Shown: one piece after another, positions 9,151-18,389 of the stretch
Position numbering within the stretch: position 1 is the first letter of the stretch
How the letters are laid out: every line of letters starts with the position of its first letter
Assembly (NCBI GenBank): GCA_018302205.1
Contig: JAGVZZ010000021.1
Span: 3,539 to 35,538 of the forward strand
DNA length: 32,000 nucleotides
DNA from: Candidatus Woesearchaeota archaeon
GTDB lineage: Archaea > Nanobdellota > Nanobdellia > SCGC-AAA011-G17 > GW2011-AR17
Reading direction: 5' to 3'
The notes under the pieces: generated by a model
What the model was told of the DNA's origin: nothing
Database searches by the model: none
Seen by the model: only the letters and a program-made list of their open reading frames with translations
Made by a program: the position numbers and the translations under genes

Positions 9151-9540
9151 TTAGGTAGCCTTTTCTTCTGTCTTTCCGAAGATTTCTTCTAATGCTTTGC
9201 CACCATATTTTTTAACACTTAAATTAATTTGAGCTGTTTTGTCAGTAATTGTATTTCCACAAACTGTTTTTCTTAATTTCAATCCGGCTCTATTAACATT
9301 AATTCCAACTCCACGGCTAAGTAAAGCCTTTTTTCTAACCGGCCCTTCAATGTCCTTTCTCAATGGAAATCCAGCATGATCACTTCCGCCCCTAATTTCA
9401 AGCTCGTAACCTTCTAGTCCAATAATATTACCTTCAACTTTGTCTCCGATTTTCTTTCCAACTAGAGAATTCTCTTCTAAAGTCTTCTGATAAGTCTTCC
9501 CAGACTTTACATCGTTTACTACATATCTTACTTCTACCAT
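9151..9540 (-). CDS. rps6e: 30S ribosomal protein S6e
   Basis: 'GYELEIRGGSDHAGFPLRKDIEG..RKKALLSRGVG' is the conserved S6e core. Confidence 0.9.
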   Translation of the reverse strand: MVEVRYVVNDVKSGKTYQKTLEENSLVGKKIGDKVEGNIIGLEGYELEIRGGSDHAGFPLRKDIEGPVRKKALLSRGVGINVNRAGLKLRKTVCGNTITDKTAQINLSVKKYGGKALEEIFGKTEEKAT

Positions 9541-9569
9541 CTTATAATCATCTAAAGTTTTCAGCTTAT

Positions 9570-10199
9570 TTATAAATCTTTTGTAGGGCTATTTTTCAAT
9601 CTTTTGAATAGTAACAGGCCCAATTCCTTATAGAATGCCTCTAATGCTTCAGCACATCTTACTCTAAATTTTTTATAGAGATTTTCTTCAAGTCCAATAT
9701 TTGGAAATTCTCTTAAATTTGTGATTTTATTGACTTCTGGTTCTCTAATTTCTCTCATTTTTTCAATTAAAGCCTTGGCTAAATCCTTCAATTTTGGATT
9801 AGGCAATTCTAATTCAATATGCTCTAGAATTTCATCCCATGCCCTTTTTTTATGATAAGATCTTTGCTCCTTTACAGCACATATAATGTCAATTAATAAC
9901 TCGCTATATTCACTAGTTTCTAGGTTTGTTTTTTTTAGAATTTGATGGTGCTTTTGTTTTCTATGTAACTGTATTCCACTTTCTATTTCTTGCTTAAATT
10001 CAGTTTCTGCATTTCCTTCTCTAAAACCCAATGCCAATCTTAAAGCGATATTGGTCTCAAATTTATTATTTGGTCTATCTAAATCATGCAATCCATTAAA
10101 CGAATGAAGATTTAATTTTTCTAAATAGTAATGTACTTCCATAGAATGCTTTAATACTGCAACCAAATATTTTTCTAATTCTTTTGAGTTAGCTAACAT
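9570..10199 (-). CDS. hypothetical helical protein
   Basis: 209-aa ORF. No family recognised. Confidence 0.35.
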   Translation of the reverse strand: MLANSKELEKYLVAVLKHSMEVHYYLEKLNLHSFNGLHDLDRPNNKFETNIALRLALGFREGNAETEFKQEIESGIQLHRKQKHHQILKKTNLETSEYSELLIDIICAVKEQRSYHKKRAWDEILEHIELELPNPKLKDLAKALIEKMREIREPEVNKITNLREFPNIGLEENLYKKFRVRCAEALEAFYKELGLLLFKRLKNSPTKDL

Positions 10200-10271
10200 A
10201 CTGTTTGTGGATTAGAATCTATATTTAAATATTCCTTAATTGTTATAAACAGGAAACTACTTCAATAATTT

Positions 10272-10916
10272 ATGAAAGTTGATTTTGAAACCGCAGATAA
10301 TGTAAAAATAATTGCTAACTATTGGCCTTCAGATCATGATCGAGCAGTCATTCTTGTTCATATGATGCCGACAACAAAAGAATCCTGGACTCCATTTGCG
10401 GATTTGTTATCCTTAAATAATTTTGCAGTTTTAGCTTTTGATTTGCGTGGTCATGGTGAAAGTGTAATTCAGAATAATCAAAAATTAGACTTCCAATTAT
10501 TCATGGATGATGATCATAAAAAATCTTTATTAGATTTAGATGCTGCTGTAAATTTTCTGGATAAAAGAGAGATATTTATTATTGGTGCCTCAATTGGTGC
10601 TAATTTAGCATTATGGTATCAATCATTACATCCAAATATTAAAAAAACTGTTTTGCTCTCTCCTGGAATAAATTACCGTGGTATTGACGCGATTAAGATT
10701 GCAAAAAAAGTTTCTGATCAGCAACAAGTTTTCATGGTCTCCGGCGATTTTGATGGCTCTACCCCATTTACAAATACAATGATGTCCCAATCAATCGCTT
10801 CACTACTACCCCATGTTTATCATAAAAAAATTAACTCCTCAGCCCATGGTTCAAATTTATTGATTGATAATATCCAATTAATCCAAGAAATTATTAACTG
10901 GCTAAACGCCCCATAA
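10272..10916 (+). CDS. alpha/beta-fold hydrolase
   Basis: 'DLRGHGES' and the nucleophile elbow 'IIGASIGANLAL' (GxSxG), with a C-terminal 'SSAHGSNL' histidine region. Confidence 0.65.
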   Translation: MKVDFETADNVKIIANYWPSDHDRAVILVHMMPTTKESWTPFADLLSLNNFAVLAFDLRGHGESVIQNNQKLDFQLFMDDDHKKSLLDLDAAVNFLDKREIFIIGASIGANLALWYQSLHPNIKKTVLLSPGINYRGIDAIKIAKKVSDQQQVFMVSGDFDGSTPFTNTMMSQSIASLLPHVYHKKINSSAHGSNLLIDNIQLIQEIINWLNAP

Positions 10917-13900
10917 ATTATTCACTTTTCTTTTTATCTCTGCAACTTCTTTTAAAATATTAATCTCATCGGTTGTCAAGAATTTTTTAAATTCTTTTAA
11001 CTTTTTAAAATTATTCTCATTCATATCTACATAAAAAATATCCTCTTCATGAATCTGTCTACCGGCAGTTACACCTGGGATTGATAATGCTACTTGGATT
11101 CCTCTTTCAGCTTCTTTCACGGACTCTTTTTCATATTCGATAGTTTTAATGTGCCCTACAACATCTCCGTTATTTTTAATCAAATCTACATCTGGTCTTA
11201 ATGTCCCTGAGATAATTTCAACTCCAATTACACAAGGATTATTTTGTCTAAATGTACATCCTCTCAAAAATTTCACTTTGGCTGGCCGGATTAAATATTG
11301 TAATTCTTTTTCCTCTTCTTTTTTTGTCTCTTCATCTCTCCATTTTTCTAAATCTTCAATCAATTGATAAATAACATTATGTGAAATTACTTTGACTTCC
11401 TTAACATCTCCTGCATCAATATTAAAACAAAGTATAATTTTATTTAATAGGTCTTCAGAGGCCTGTGCATCAATGATATCTTTCTTTGTGATTATTCCGA
11501 CGGATGCTTTTTTAAATGGAATATTTCTATCTTTTAACATCCCAATGACTGCCTCTAATGATCCTAAAGAATCTGCTTTTACAACTATCCCTTCACTGTC
11601 TGTCTCCATGACAACTTCTTCAACTTCTTCTTGAATCTTTTTTCTTAGTTCTTTTTCATCATTATTGATTACAAAGATCGGCATTCCTGCAACAACTTCT
11701 TTAATTCCAACTGCATTCACTTTAACACCTGCAGCGGCAACAACTTCTTTCACTGGCCCATATTTATTTTTTTCGTCCGGTAAAAATAAACCTTTGACTT
11801 TGGTTACAACTGGTTCATTCAATCCTCCAATTATAATTGGATCATTAACCCTAATTTTCCCTTCGTAAATAATTACATCCAAACAAGTCCCCAGGCCTTG
11901 CTCTTCTTTTACTTCTAATACTGTCCCCTTTCCTGCTGCGTTTGAATCTAATTGCAAATTTTCTTCTAAGTATTTTAATGCTAATCCAATTAATACCATC
12001 AATAATTCTGGTACACCCTCTCCATTCTTTGCAGAGCAAGGTACGATTGCAATAGTTTTTGTATAATCATCAACTCTATCAAATCTATCTGCTTGAATAC
12101 CCAAACTATACAATTTACCGACGATTTCATATAATTTAGTTTCAATCACTGTTTGCACTTGTGATGACTGTTTTGAAATCATATCTAAAATGAACTTAGA
12201 ATCAACAGCCTTCCAACCGTTTAACAAATCTAATTTATTTAATGCTATTACGAATGGTGTTTTGTAAGTTTTAAGGATTGCAATACACTCTTCTGTTTGT
12301 GGTTTAATTCCTTCATTAATATCAATAACTAATACTGCAAGGTCTGCTAAGTTCCCACCCCTTTTTCTCATATTACTAAATGCTGCATGCCCAGGAGTAT
12401 CAATAAAAACCAATCCAGGGATATCAATTTTTTTATTTTTTAATAAATCCCCACAAATCTTTTGTATTGTCTTTAATGAAATTGAAGATGAAGAAATCAT
12501 TTGTGTAATTGCTCCAGGTTCAGATTCAACTACTGCAGTCCTTCTTATGGTATCTAAAGTTTTAGTATTATGTATCAAAAATCCATTAGAAGTAAAATTT
12601 TGGTTAAATGGTTCAGAAAGATCATAAACATAATTACAATCAGATTGAACAACTTCAATATTTTTAATTTTAACAAAATGCACTTCTGTATTAAGTAAAG
12701 GTTTTAATGAATATAATTCATCAATTAATTTTTCGATATTTGTCGAATTCCAAAATTTTTTTATTGCTTTACCATATTCAGTAATTGAATATTTTTTTTC
12801 TTTTTTATTCCATTCAATTAAATTATCTGCAGAAAGCTCTCTTAAAAAATTATATCCTTTCCAGACTGAATTTAATCTTCTGATAATTTCAATTTGATTT
12901 CCGGTATTTTCAAGCATTTCTTTTTTGAATTGAATTTTTTTATATATTTCCCCTTTATTTCTTTGGCAAAACTCTACAAAATCATTCATTATTTGCTTAG
13001 TTAAATTCTGTTTTAATTCATAATTTTTCCAATATGGAATTTGAAGTTCATTTTGTGATAACCCTAATTTTATTCTTAATTCTCTAATATTTTCTTTTTC
13101 TATTGGGAATATATCTAATTTTCTACTAGAAACTGCTTTTTTTTCAATTTCAAACAAACGACTTTTTTTTCTTAATAATTTCAAATCCATAATTGCTTGA
13201 ATTTTTCCAAGTTCTTCTTTTCCAGATAAAATTAAATTATAATAATCTTTTCCATTAACTTTTTTTATATAATTATTTGGAGAACATCCTATATAATTAA
13301 AAAGTGTTGTTAAACTATCTGCAAATTGTTTACTTGCAGTACAAACTTCTAAAGTTCCTTTATTACAAACATATCCATCAGTATCATATAAACCAGATAA
13401 AAATTTTCCAATGTATTCTTCATCTGCAATTTGTATTATTTTAGGTAATTTTAAATTATTTGCTTTTTTTTCTATTGGAAAATCAAAGATTATTTGTAAA
13501 AATAATTTTAAAGTTTTTCCTCCTGAGTTTAAGATACTCTCTGATATATTTTTAGTTAAATAAATTTTTGAATTTAAATTTAGTTTTTGAAATATTCTAA
13601 TTACCTCTTTTTGAATTTCTGGATCTACATTTGTAATAGTACTATTTGCTGTTCCATCACCAAATAGAACTCCTATTAAATAAAATAAATCCTTATAATC
13701 TTCTTTTGTAACAGGGATTGTCATCCAATTAGAAGTATGTCCTACCCTCCATTTATTAGAAGAAGATTTTATTTCTACAATGTTTTTGGTTTTTATTTCA
13801 ATAAACTGTTTTAGTTCTTCAATATCTTGATTTCTATATCTATTAAATTTAACTTGCTCTCTATACTTGCTTAATATCTGCTTATTTCTTAATATTATTC

Positions 13901-14426
13901 CAATTTCAGCATTTTTATCAGTATTTAACTTGAATAATAAATTATTCTCTTCTAATAAATTTTTAACAGCAAAATCTCTTATTTGCAAATAATTCCAGGA
14001 ATCTCTAGGTATTACTTTAGGACAAAGTATATAATCTCCCTCTATAAGATCTTTAGCATTTTTTTCTTTTATTGTTAATTTATCTAAAATAAAAAATTTA
14101 TGTTCTTTAGTTGTTTTTATTTTATAACCTAATGTATTTGTTATCTTAATTAATTCATTTGGGCTTTTTAGTTTACAAATTCTATAAATTTTTTTTCTTT
14201 CAAATTTTTTTGAATTTAAATTAACACTAAACAAACATCTATTTGGTTTAATATAAAATCCTAATTTATCTTTTTCAATAATAACATCTTTTTCTTTAGA
14301 TAAAATCTCCCAAAAATCACCAATTTTAATAATTTCTCCATTTTCAAGAGAAATCAAACTATCTGGATGAATACATTTTCCACTATCAACATTTCCCATT
14401 ACCACTACTAAAGGTTGCCTTAACAT
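10902..14426 (-). CDS. infB: translation initiation factor aIF5B (IF-2 type GTPase) carrying one intein
   Basis: The extein reads 'VVVMGNVDSGK|TKTLDTIRRTAV..ITQ..IPGLVFIDTPGHAAFSNMRKRGGNLADLAVLVIDINEGIKPQT..ALNKLD', which is collinear with aIF5B. 1174 aa minus the 603-aa intein gives a 571-aa host protein. Confidence 0.9.
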   Translation of the reverse strand: MLRQPLVVVMGNVDSGKCIHPDSLISLENGEIIKIGDFWEILSKEKDVIIEKDKLGFYIKPNRCLFSVNLNSKKFERKKIYRICKLKSPNELIKITNTLGYKIKTTKEHKFFILDKLTIKEKNAKDLIEGDYILCPKVIPRDSWNYLQIRDFAVKNLLEENNLLFKLNTDKNAEIGIILRNKQILSKYREQVKFNRYRNQDIEELKQFIEIKTKNIVEIKSSSNKWRVGHTSNWMTIPVTKEDYKDLFYLIGVLFGDGTANSTITNVDPEIQKEVIRIFQKLNLNSKIYLTKNISESILNSGGKTLKLFLQIIFDFPIEKKANNLKLPKIIQIADEEYIGKFLSGLYDTDGYVCNKGTLEVCTASKQFADSLTTLFNYIGCSPNNYIKKVNGKDYYNLILSGKEELGKIQAIMDLKLLRKKSRLFEIEKKAVSSRKLDIFPIEKENIRELRIKLGLSQNELQIPYWKNYELKQNLTKQIMNDFVEFCQRNKGEIYKKIQFKKEMLENTGNQIEIIRRLNSVWKGYNFLRELSADNLIEWNKKEKKYSITEYGKAIKKFWNSTNIEKLIDELYSLKPLLNTEVHFVKIKNIEVVQSDCNYVYDLSEPFNQNFTSNGFLIHNTKTLDTIRRTAVVESEPGAITQMISSSSISLKTIQKICGDLLKNKKIDIPGLVFIDTPGHAAFSNMRKRGGNLADLAVLVIDINEGIKPQTEECIAILKTYKTPFVIALNKLDLLNGWKAVDSKFILDMISKQSSQVQTVIETKLYEIVGKLYSLGIQADRFDRVDDYTKTIAIVPCSAKNGEGVPELLMVLIGLALKYLEENLQLDSNAAGKGTVLEVKEEQGLGTCLDVIIYEGKIRVNDPIIIGGLNEPVVTKVKGLFLPDEKNKYGPVKEVVAAAGVKVNAVGIKEVVAGMPIFVINNDEKELRKKIQEEVEEVVMETDSEGIVVKADSLGSLEAVIGMLKDRNIPFKKASVGIITKKDIIDAQASEDLLNKIILCFNIDAGDVKEVKVISHNVIYQLIEDLEKWRDEETKKEEEKELQYLIRPAKVKFLRGCTFRQNNPCVIGVEIISGTLRPDVDLIKNNGDVVGHIKTIEYEKESVKEAERGIQVALSIPGVTAGRQIHEEDIFYVDMNENNFKKLKEFKKFLTTDEINILKEVAEIKRKVNNLWGV
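12567..14375 (-). mobile_element. 603-aa intein with LAGLIDADG homing-endonuclease domain, inserted in the aIF5B P-loop (GK|T)
   Basis: Starts at Cys18 (TGT, 14373-14375; block A 'CIHPDSLISL'). Block B is 'TTKEHKFF'. Two LAGLIDADG motifs ('LIGVLFGDGTA', 'FLSGLYDTDGYV'). Blocks F/G 'VYDLSEP..NGFLIHN' end at Asn (12567-12569), followed by +1 Thr. Length is 1809 nt and in frame. Confidence 0.85.
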
Positions 14427-14464
14427 AGCTTTAAAGAAAATTATTTCTTATATAAAACTTCCTT

Positions 14465-14971
14465 TTAACGTCTAACTAACCTTTTGTATGATACCATTTC
14501 AAATCCTAGAAAATAATAATATTTTTCAAAACCAAATTCTGGAGTTTCATTTTGATTAACTAAAGGCGTAGAAACTAATACTTCAAAACCTGCTCTTCTT
14601 GCTCCTAATCCTGTACTCGCCACACAATCTGTAGCATAAATCCCTGATAATAACAATCTTTTAACTTTTCTTTCTTTAAACCAGTCTTGTGGTTTTACTT
14701 CACTGATAATATTTTTGGGTTCAAAACCATCAGCAAGTGTTTTCTCAAAGTATCTATGTCTAGCTGCCCTATCAACAATTTCTTTGATTCTCTTAATTGT
14801 CCTCCCACAGCCATATTCTAAAACTCCCACAGGTATATCCATTTCTACAGCAACTTCCAAAACTCTTCTTTGTTTTTTGACTAATCTTTGAACTTCATCT
14901 TCTGGAATTTTTTTAAGAAATGATTCCTGCATATCAACAATTACAAGTCCTAGATTTGATGTATTAATCAT
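14465..14971 (-). CDS. isochorismatase-family cysteine hydrolase (paralog 2)
   Basis: D-K-C triad context: 'LVIVDMQESF', 'FEKTLADGF', 'GIYATDCVAST'. Start moved to the ATG at 14971, which overlaps the upstream stop as ATGATTAA. Confidence 0.7.
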   Translation of the reverse strand: MINTSNLGLVIVDMQESFLKKIPEDEVQRLVKKQRRVLEVAVEMDIPVGVLEYGCGRTIKRIKEIVDRAARHRYFEKTLADGFEPKNIISEVKPQDWFKERKVKRLLLSGIYATDCVASTGLGARRAGFEVLVSTPLVNQNETPEFGFEKYYYFLGFEMVSYKRLVRR

Positions 14972-15503
14972 TGAACAACTCCGAATAATTTTGATAATAT
15001 TTGCCCATACGTTTAAATGGTTCACAAGTTGTCAATCCCCCGGGATTTCTTGCTTCCATCAATTTATCACAAAACATTACTTGGAAATTATTTGCTTTTG
15101 CACCCTTTGCGGTTTCATAAACACACATTTCAGCAAACAAACCTATAACTAAAACTTTAGAAACCCCTCTTCTATAGAAATAATCACTAGGTGTTTTATC
15201 TTGTTCTGATCCTTCATAATAATATGTAAATCCATCATTCAATGATTTCCAAAATATACTCGCCCCCACGGGCAATCTTTCTTTTATACTCGGGACTGTT
15301 TGATATGCTGGATTATTTAAGTGCTCATTACAATGGTTGTCTGCTAATTGAAAAGCAATTGTAGGTAGATCCAATTCTTTTACTCTTTCTAAAAATCCTT
15401 CTAAGGTTCCGATGATTCTTCTTCTTTTTCCTTCAACTAATCTCACTAGGCATAAATCTTGCATATCAACAATTACAATTCCCAAACCATTTGTGTCTAA
15501 CAT
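14964..15503 (-). CDS. isochorismatase-family cysteine hydrolase (paralog 1)
   Basis: 'IVIVDMQD', 'FWKSLNDGF' and 'GLFAEMCVYETA' give the D-K-C triad. The ATG overlaps the upstream caspase-like stop by 7 nt (ATGTTAG). Confidence 0.7.
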   Translation of the reverse strand: MLDTNGLGIVIVDMQDLCLVRLVEGKRRRIIGTLEGFLERVKELDLPTIAFQLADNHCNEHLNNPAYQTVPSIKERLPVGASIFWKSLNDGFTYYYEGSEQDKTPSDYFYRRGVSKVLVIGLFAEMCVYETAKGAKANNFQVMFCDKLMEARNPGGLTTCEPFKRMGKYYQNYSELFND

Positions 15504-16123
15504 TTTCCCGGAATTTGAAATGCTCTATCTCCTCTTAACTCTGGCACTTGCCAACCATTATTTTGAAGATCTTTTTCAATCTCTTTAAATAATCTTCCTA
15601 AAGAGAATTTTTCAGGATTTCCTTGCATAAATTCAATTATCTCCTCTCCTAAAATTAATCTTTTATTACCATTTTTATTTGTGCAAGCATATGCAAGATC
15701 ATCTTCGTTTGATGCTGCAAGTATAGTTGTACTATTTCCTGCAAACCTGTTCATAATTCCTGCATGACAGCAATCAAATATTCCTAATCTTTCTCCTCTT
15801 ATTTGTTTTAATCTATAAAATAATTCATCTCTCTTGTAAATTCCATCAACCAATTGAAATCCTGGTTCTCCATGATGTCCACAATAATAAAAAATTACTT
15901 TTGGTAATCTTTCTGCTCTCTGACATAATGTTTCAACTTCTGTTAGTACTCTTTCTAATTGTCCTGCAATAGCATTTGTAACTAAAGCAATTCGAAATCC
16001 TCTTTTTTGAAATTCTTTGGCAAGATCATGAATTGTTCCTTCAACTCCTAATTTTTGTTCAGTATCTAATCCTCCAACTAGGACAGCATATCTTACAGGT
16101 CTTGTAAATGGGTTATAATTCAT
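15497..16123 (-). CDS. stand-alone caspase-fold (C14/C13-like) cysteine peptidase
   Basis: A Rossmann-like start 'YAVLVGG'. His in 'VIFYYCGHHGEPG' and Cys in 'RLGIFDCCHAG', spaced as in the caspase/metacaspase catalytic dyad, then 'TILAASNEDDLAY'. Confidence 0.6.
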   Translation of the reverse strand: MNYNPFTRPVRYAVLVGGLDTEQKLGVEGTIHDLAKEFQKRGFRIALVTNAIAGQLERVLTEVETLCQRAERLPKVIFYYCGHHGEPGFQLVDGIYKRDELFYRLKQIRGERLGIFDCCHAGIMNRFAGNSTTILAASNEDDLAYACTNKNGNKRLILGEEIIEFMQGNPEKFSLGRLFKEIEKDLQNNGWQVPELRGDRAFQIPGKC

Positions 16124-16251
16124 TGTTTCTTAATTTTTGATTAAATTTAGTTCTTATAAATATTCCCTTTTTAACTACTAGTCCATAATAACACTTAAAT
16201 AAAATTTATTTTAAAATAAGTTTTGTTTAGAATTATACAATATAGATTTAT

Positions 16252-16788
16252 TTATCTCTTGTCTTTGTATAAGACTTTTAAATAATTTAATTCTCCTTTT
16301 TTATTTGCTTCATAAGCATTTGAAAGTCTTTCAAATTCAGCAATACAAGTTTTTCTTTCATCATCACTAAATGCTCTTTCTTTAATTTTCCATTGACAAG
16401 TATCATAACTTAAGCCTAATGCAAAATCTTGTAATTCTCTTATTCTTAACCTATAATCAACATTAGGAAAATCACTTGCTAACGTAACTAAATCATCAAC
16501 ACAAGAGTATTTTTGAGGGCTTATTTCTCTTTTACATTTTTGTCTTGCTTGTTTCAAAACTTCTGTCTGCAAATGTTTAACTCTTTCATTAGGTTCTATT
16601 TCCAATCTTTTAGATAAATTTGAATATTTTTCAATACATCCCTCATGAGGTTGTCCATTTTGAATTCTTGAAAAACAATCGATATATACCTCTTGAAGTT
16701 TTGACTTTTTTTCTCCTTTAAAAAAATCAAATGATTGAGCTGAACCAGAGTATAGTACGCCTAATAATAATAAATTTTGTATTTTCAT
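16252..16788 (-). CDS. secreted cysteine-containing hypothetical protein
   Basis: Signal-peptide-like N-terminus 'MKIQNLLLLGVLYSGSAQS'. The rest is helical with 8 Cys. Confidence 0.45.
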   Translation of the reverse strand: MKIQNLLLLGVLYSGSAQSFDFFKGEKKSKLQEVYIDCFSRIQNGQPHEGCIEKYSNLSKRLEIEPNERVKHLQTEVLKQARQKCKREISPQKYSCVDDLVTLASDFPNVDYRLRIRELQDFALGLSYDTCQWKIKERAFSDDERKTCIAEFERLSNAYEANKKGELNYLKVLYKDKR

Positions 16789-16926
16789 ATTTTTATCTTT
16801 TTTTATTAAATATATAAGTTTTATTAATCTACAAACATTACAAATACAATCTAAGAGTCAAAACCTTTTTAAACTACAAACTCTCTCATCATAATACTTT
16901 TATGATTATAAAAAAGGAGGGAAAAA

Positions 16927-17268
16927 ATGGCAAAAGTAGTAAGTAGTGGTAAAGCAATGTTAGGTAGATGGGCTTTCTTAATCGGTGTTGTTCTGTCAGT
17001 TGTCTTTGGCTTATTTACAGGTTGGTCTTGGTTACCGGTCTTGTTAGTAGTCTTAGGATTGATTGTTGGATTCTTAAACATCGAAGGAAGAGAAGTTACC
17101 CAATTTTTAACCGCAGGAACTGTTTTAGTTTTAATGGGTTATATGGGTGGTCAAACCTTAGCTAATATATCTTACTTAGCAAATATCTTCGGCAATTTGT
17201 TGACACTTTTCGTGCCAGCTACAGTTGTTGTTGCTGTTAAGTCTGTTTTCTTGTTAGCAAGAGAATAA
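16927..17268 (+). CDS. small integral membrane protein
   Basis: Strong SD (AAGGAGGG) 7 nt upstream. Four predicted TM helices. A T-rich tract follows the stop. Confidence 0.55.
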   Translation: MAKVVSSGKAMLGRWAFLIGVVLSVVFGLFTGWSWLPVLLVVLGLIVGFLNIEGREVTQFLTAGTVLVLMGYMGGQTLANISYLANIFGNLLTLFVPATVVVAVKSVFLLARE

Positions 17269-17327
17269 ATTTTTATTTTTTTTATTTTTTAGAAAACTAT
17301 TTATTTGAATAAATCTTTTCTATAACT

Positions 17328-18386
17328 ATGAATTCTGAATTAGATAAAATATTTCAAAAAATTATTGCAGTCCACTTAACCAATTATTTTCCTACGAATG
17401 GAATAATTAAAACAAAGTTCTTTACTAATCCTAAAACTTGGTTTATTGATACAATTCACTTTACTTTAAATCAACCAATAAGCGGTGAACTAAAAAGAGG
17501 AACAGGTCAAGATTTGAGTTGGAAAAATTTGAAATTTGTATTTTTAATACCTTTTCATATTCTCTATAAAGAATCTGGAGATAGATTAGCAGGTTTTGAA
17601 GAAGAAGATACTTTTTTCATGGGCAATATACAAATTCCAAAAAGTTCTACAATTGTTATTTTTAATGATGGGTTGGAAGATGTCATTAAAGAAAATATTA
17701 TCTCAAAAGAAGAGATTGCTTCACATATTGGAAAGGGACAAAAAATTATTAATAAAAACATCGAAGGGATAGAATATATAATTTATCCCAAATTAGGCTT
17801 AAAAGAAATAAATAAGAAAGAGTTTATTGTAGGAGTTATTGAGAAAAAAGGTTATACTACTTCCGGAATAAATTTTAGAGAAATCTCTAAAAAAATAAAT
17901 TTATCTAGCCATCATCCTGATCACTGGTCTTGGGATTTAACTCATTTTAAATTTTCGATAGACTTTTTTAAAGAATATGCAAATTATTTTATTCAAGCTA
18001 TACTTAAATTAAGAGAAGCAGGTTATACTTATCCAATCTATTACTATGATTCTTTTGATGGAAAAAGGCTTTTTAATTTTTATACCAATCGAAGAAACAA
18101 ATATTATGATGCAAAAAATAAAGATTTTGACCCACAAAAAATTATGTTTACTGAAGAAGAAACTTTGGCTTTAAAAATATTTTATGAATCAGTTTATGTT
18201 GACCAAGACATTTCTAGGGCAAAATTCCAAGAACCTTTTGATGAAGCAAGAAAAATACTAAAAATTGTTCCTGATAGATATTACACTTCTATTAATGTAG
18301 AAATAGAAGAATATAAAGAAGTTCTTAGAAGAATTCCTAAACCATTAATCGCCTTATGTCCTCATTTGCAAGAATACTTAAAATAA
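17328..18386 (+). CDS. hypothetical protein
   Basis: 352-aa ORF. No family recognised. Confidence 0.4.
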   Translation: MNSELDKIFQKIIAVHLTNYFPTNGIIKTKFFTNPKTWFIDTIHFTLNQPISGELKRGTGQDLSWKNLKFVFLIPFHILYKESGDRLAGFEEEDTFFMGNIQIPKSSTIVIFNDGLEDVIKENIISKEEIASHIGKGQKIINKNIEGIEYIIYPKLGLKEINKKEFIVGVIEKKGYTTSGINFREISKKINLSSHHPDHWSWDLTHFKFSIDFFKEYANYFIQAILKLREAGYTYPIYYYDSFDGKRLFNFYTNRRNKYYDAKNKDFDPQKIMFTEEETLALKIFYESVYVDQDISRAKFQEPFDEARKILKIVPDRYYTSINVEIEEYKEVLRRIPKPLIALCPHLQEYLK

Positions 18387-18389
18387 TTT

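Noticed and set aside
11149-12039. ORFs 11149..11367, 11392..11634, 11665..11868 (+) and 11851..12039 (-)
   Set aside because: They are embedded in the aIF5B extein coding region, either antisense or out of frame. No motifs; shadow ORFs.
14964-15025. 62-nt overlap between the two isochorismatase-like ORFs as listed
   Set aside because: It is resolved by using the internal ATG at 14971, where the homologous 'LGLVIVDMQ' N-terminus begins. This leaves a normal 8-nt coupled overlap.
16869-17165. ORFs 16869..17081 (-) and 16968..17165 (+)
   Set aside because: They overlap the membrane-protein ORF 16927..17268, which has a strong GGAGG ribosome-binding site and coherent TM helices. The alternatives have neither.
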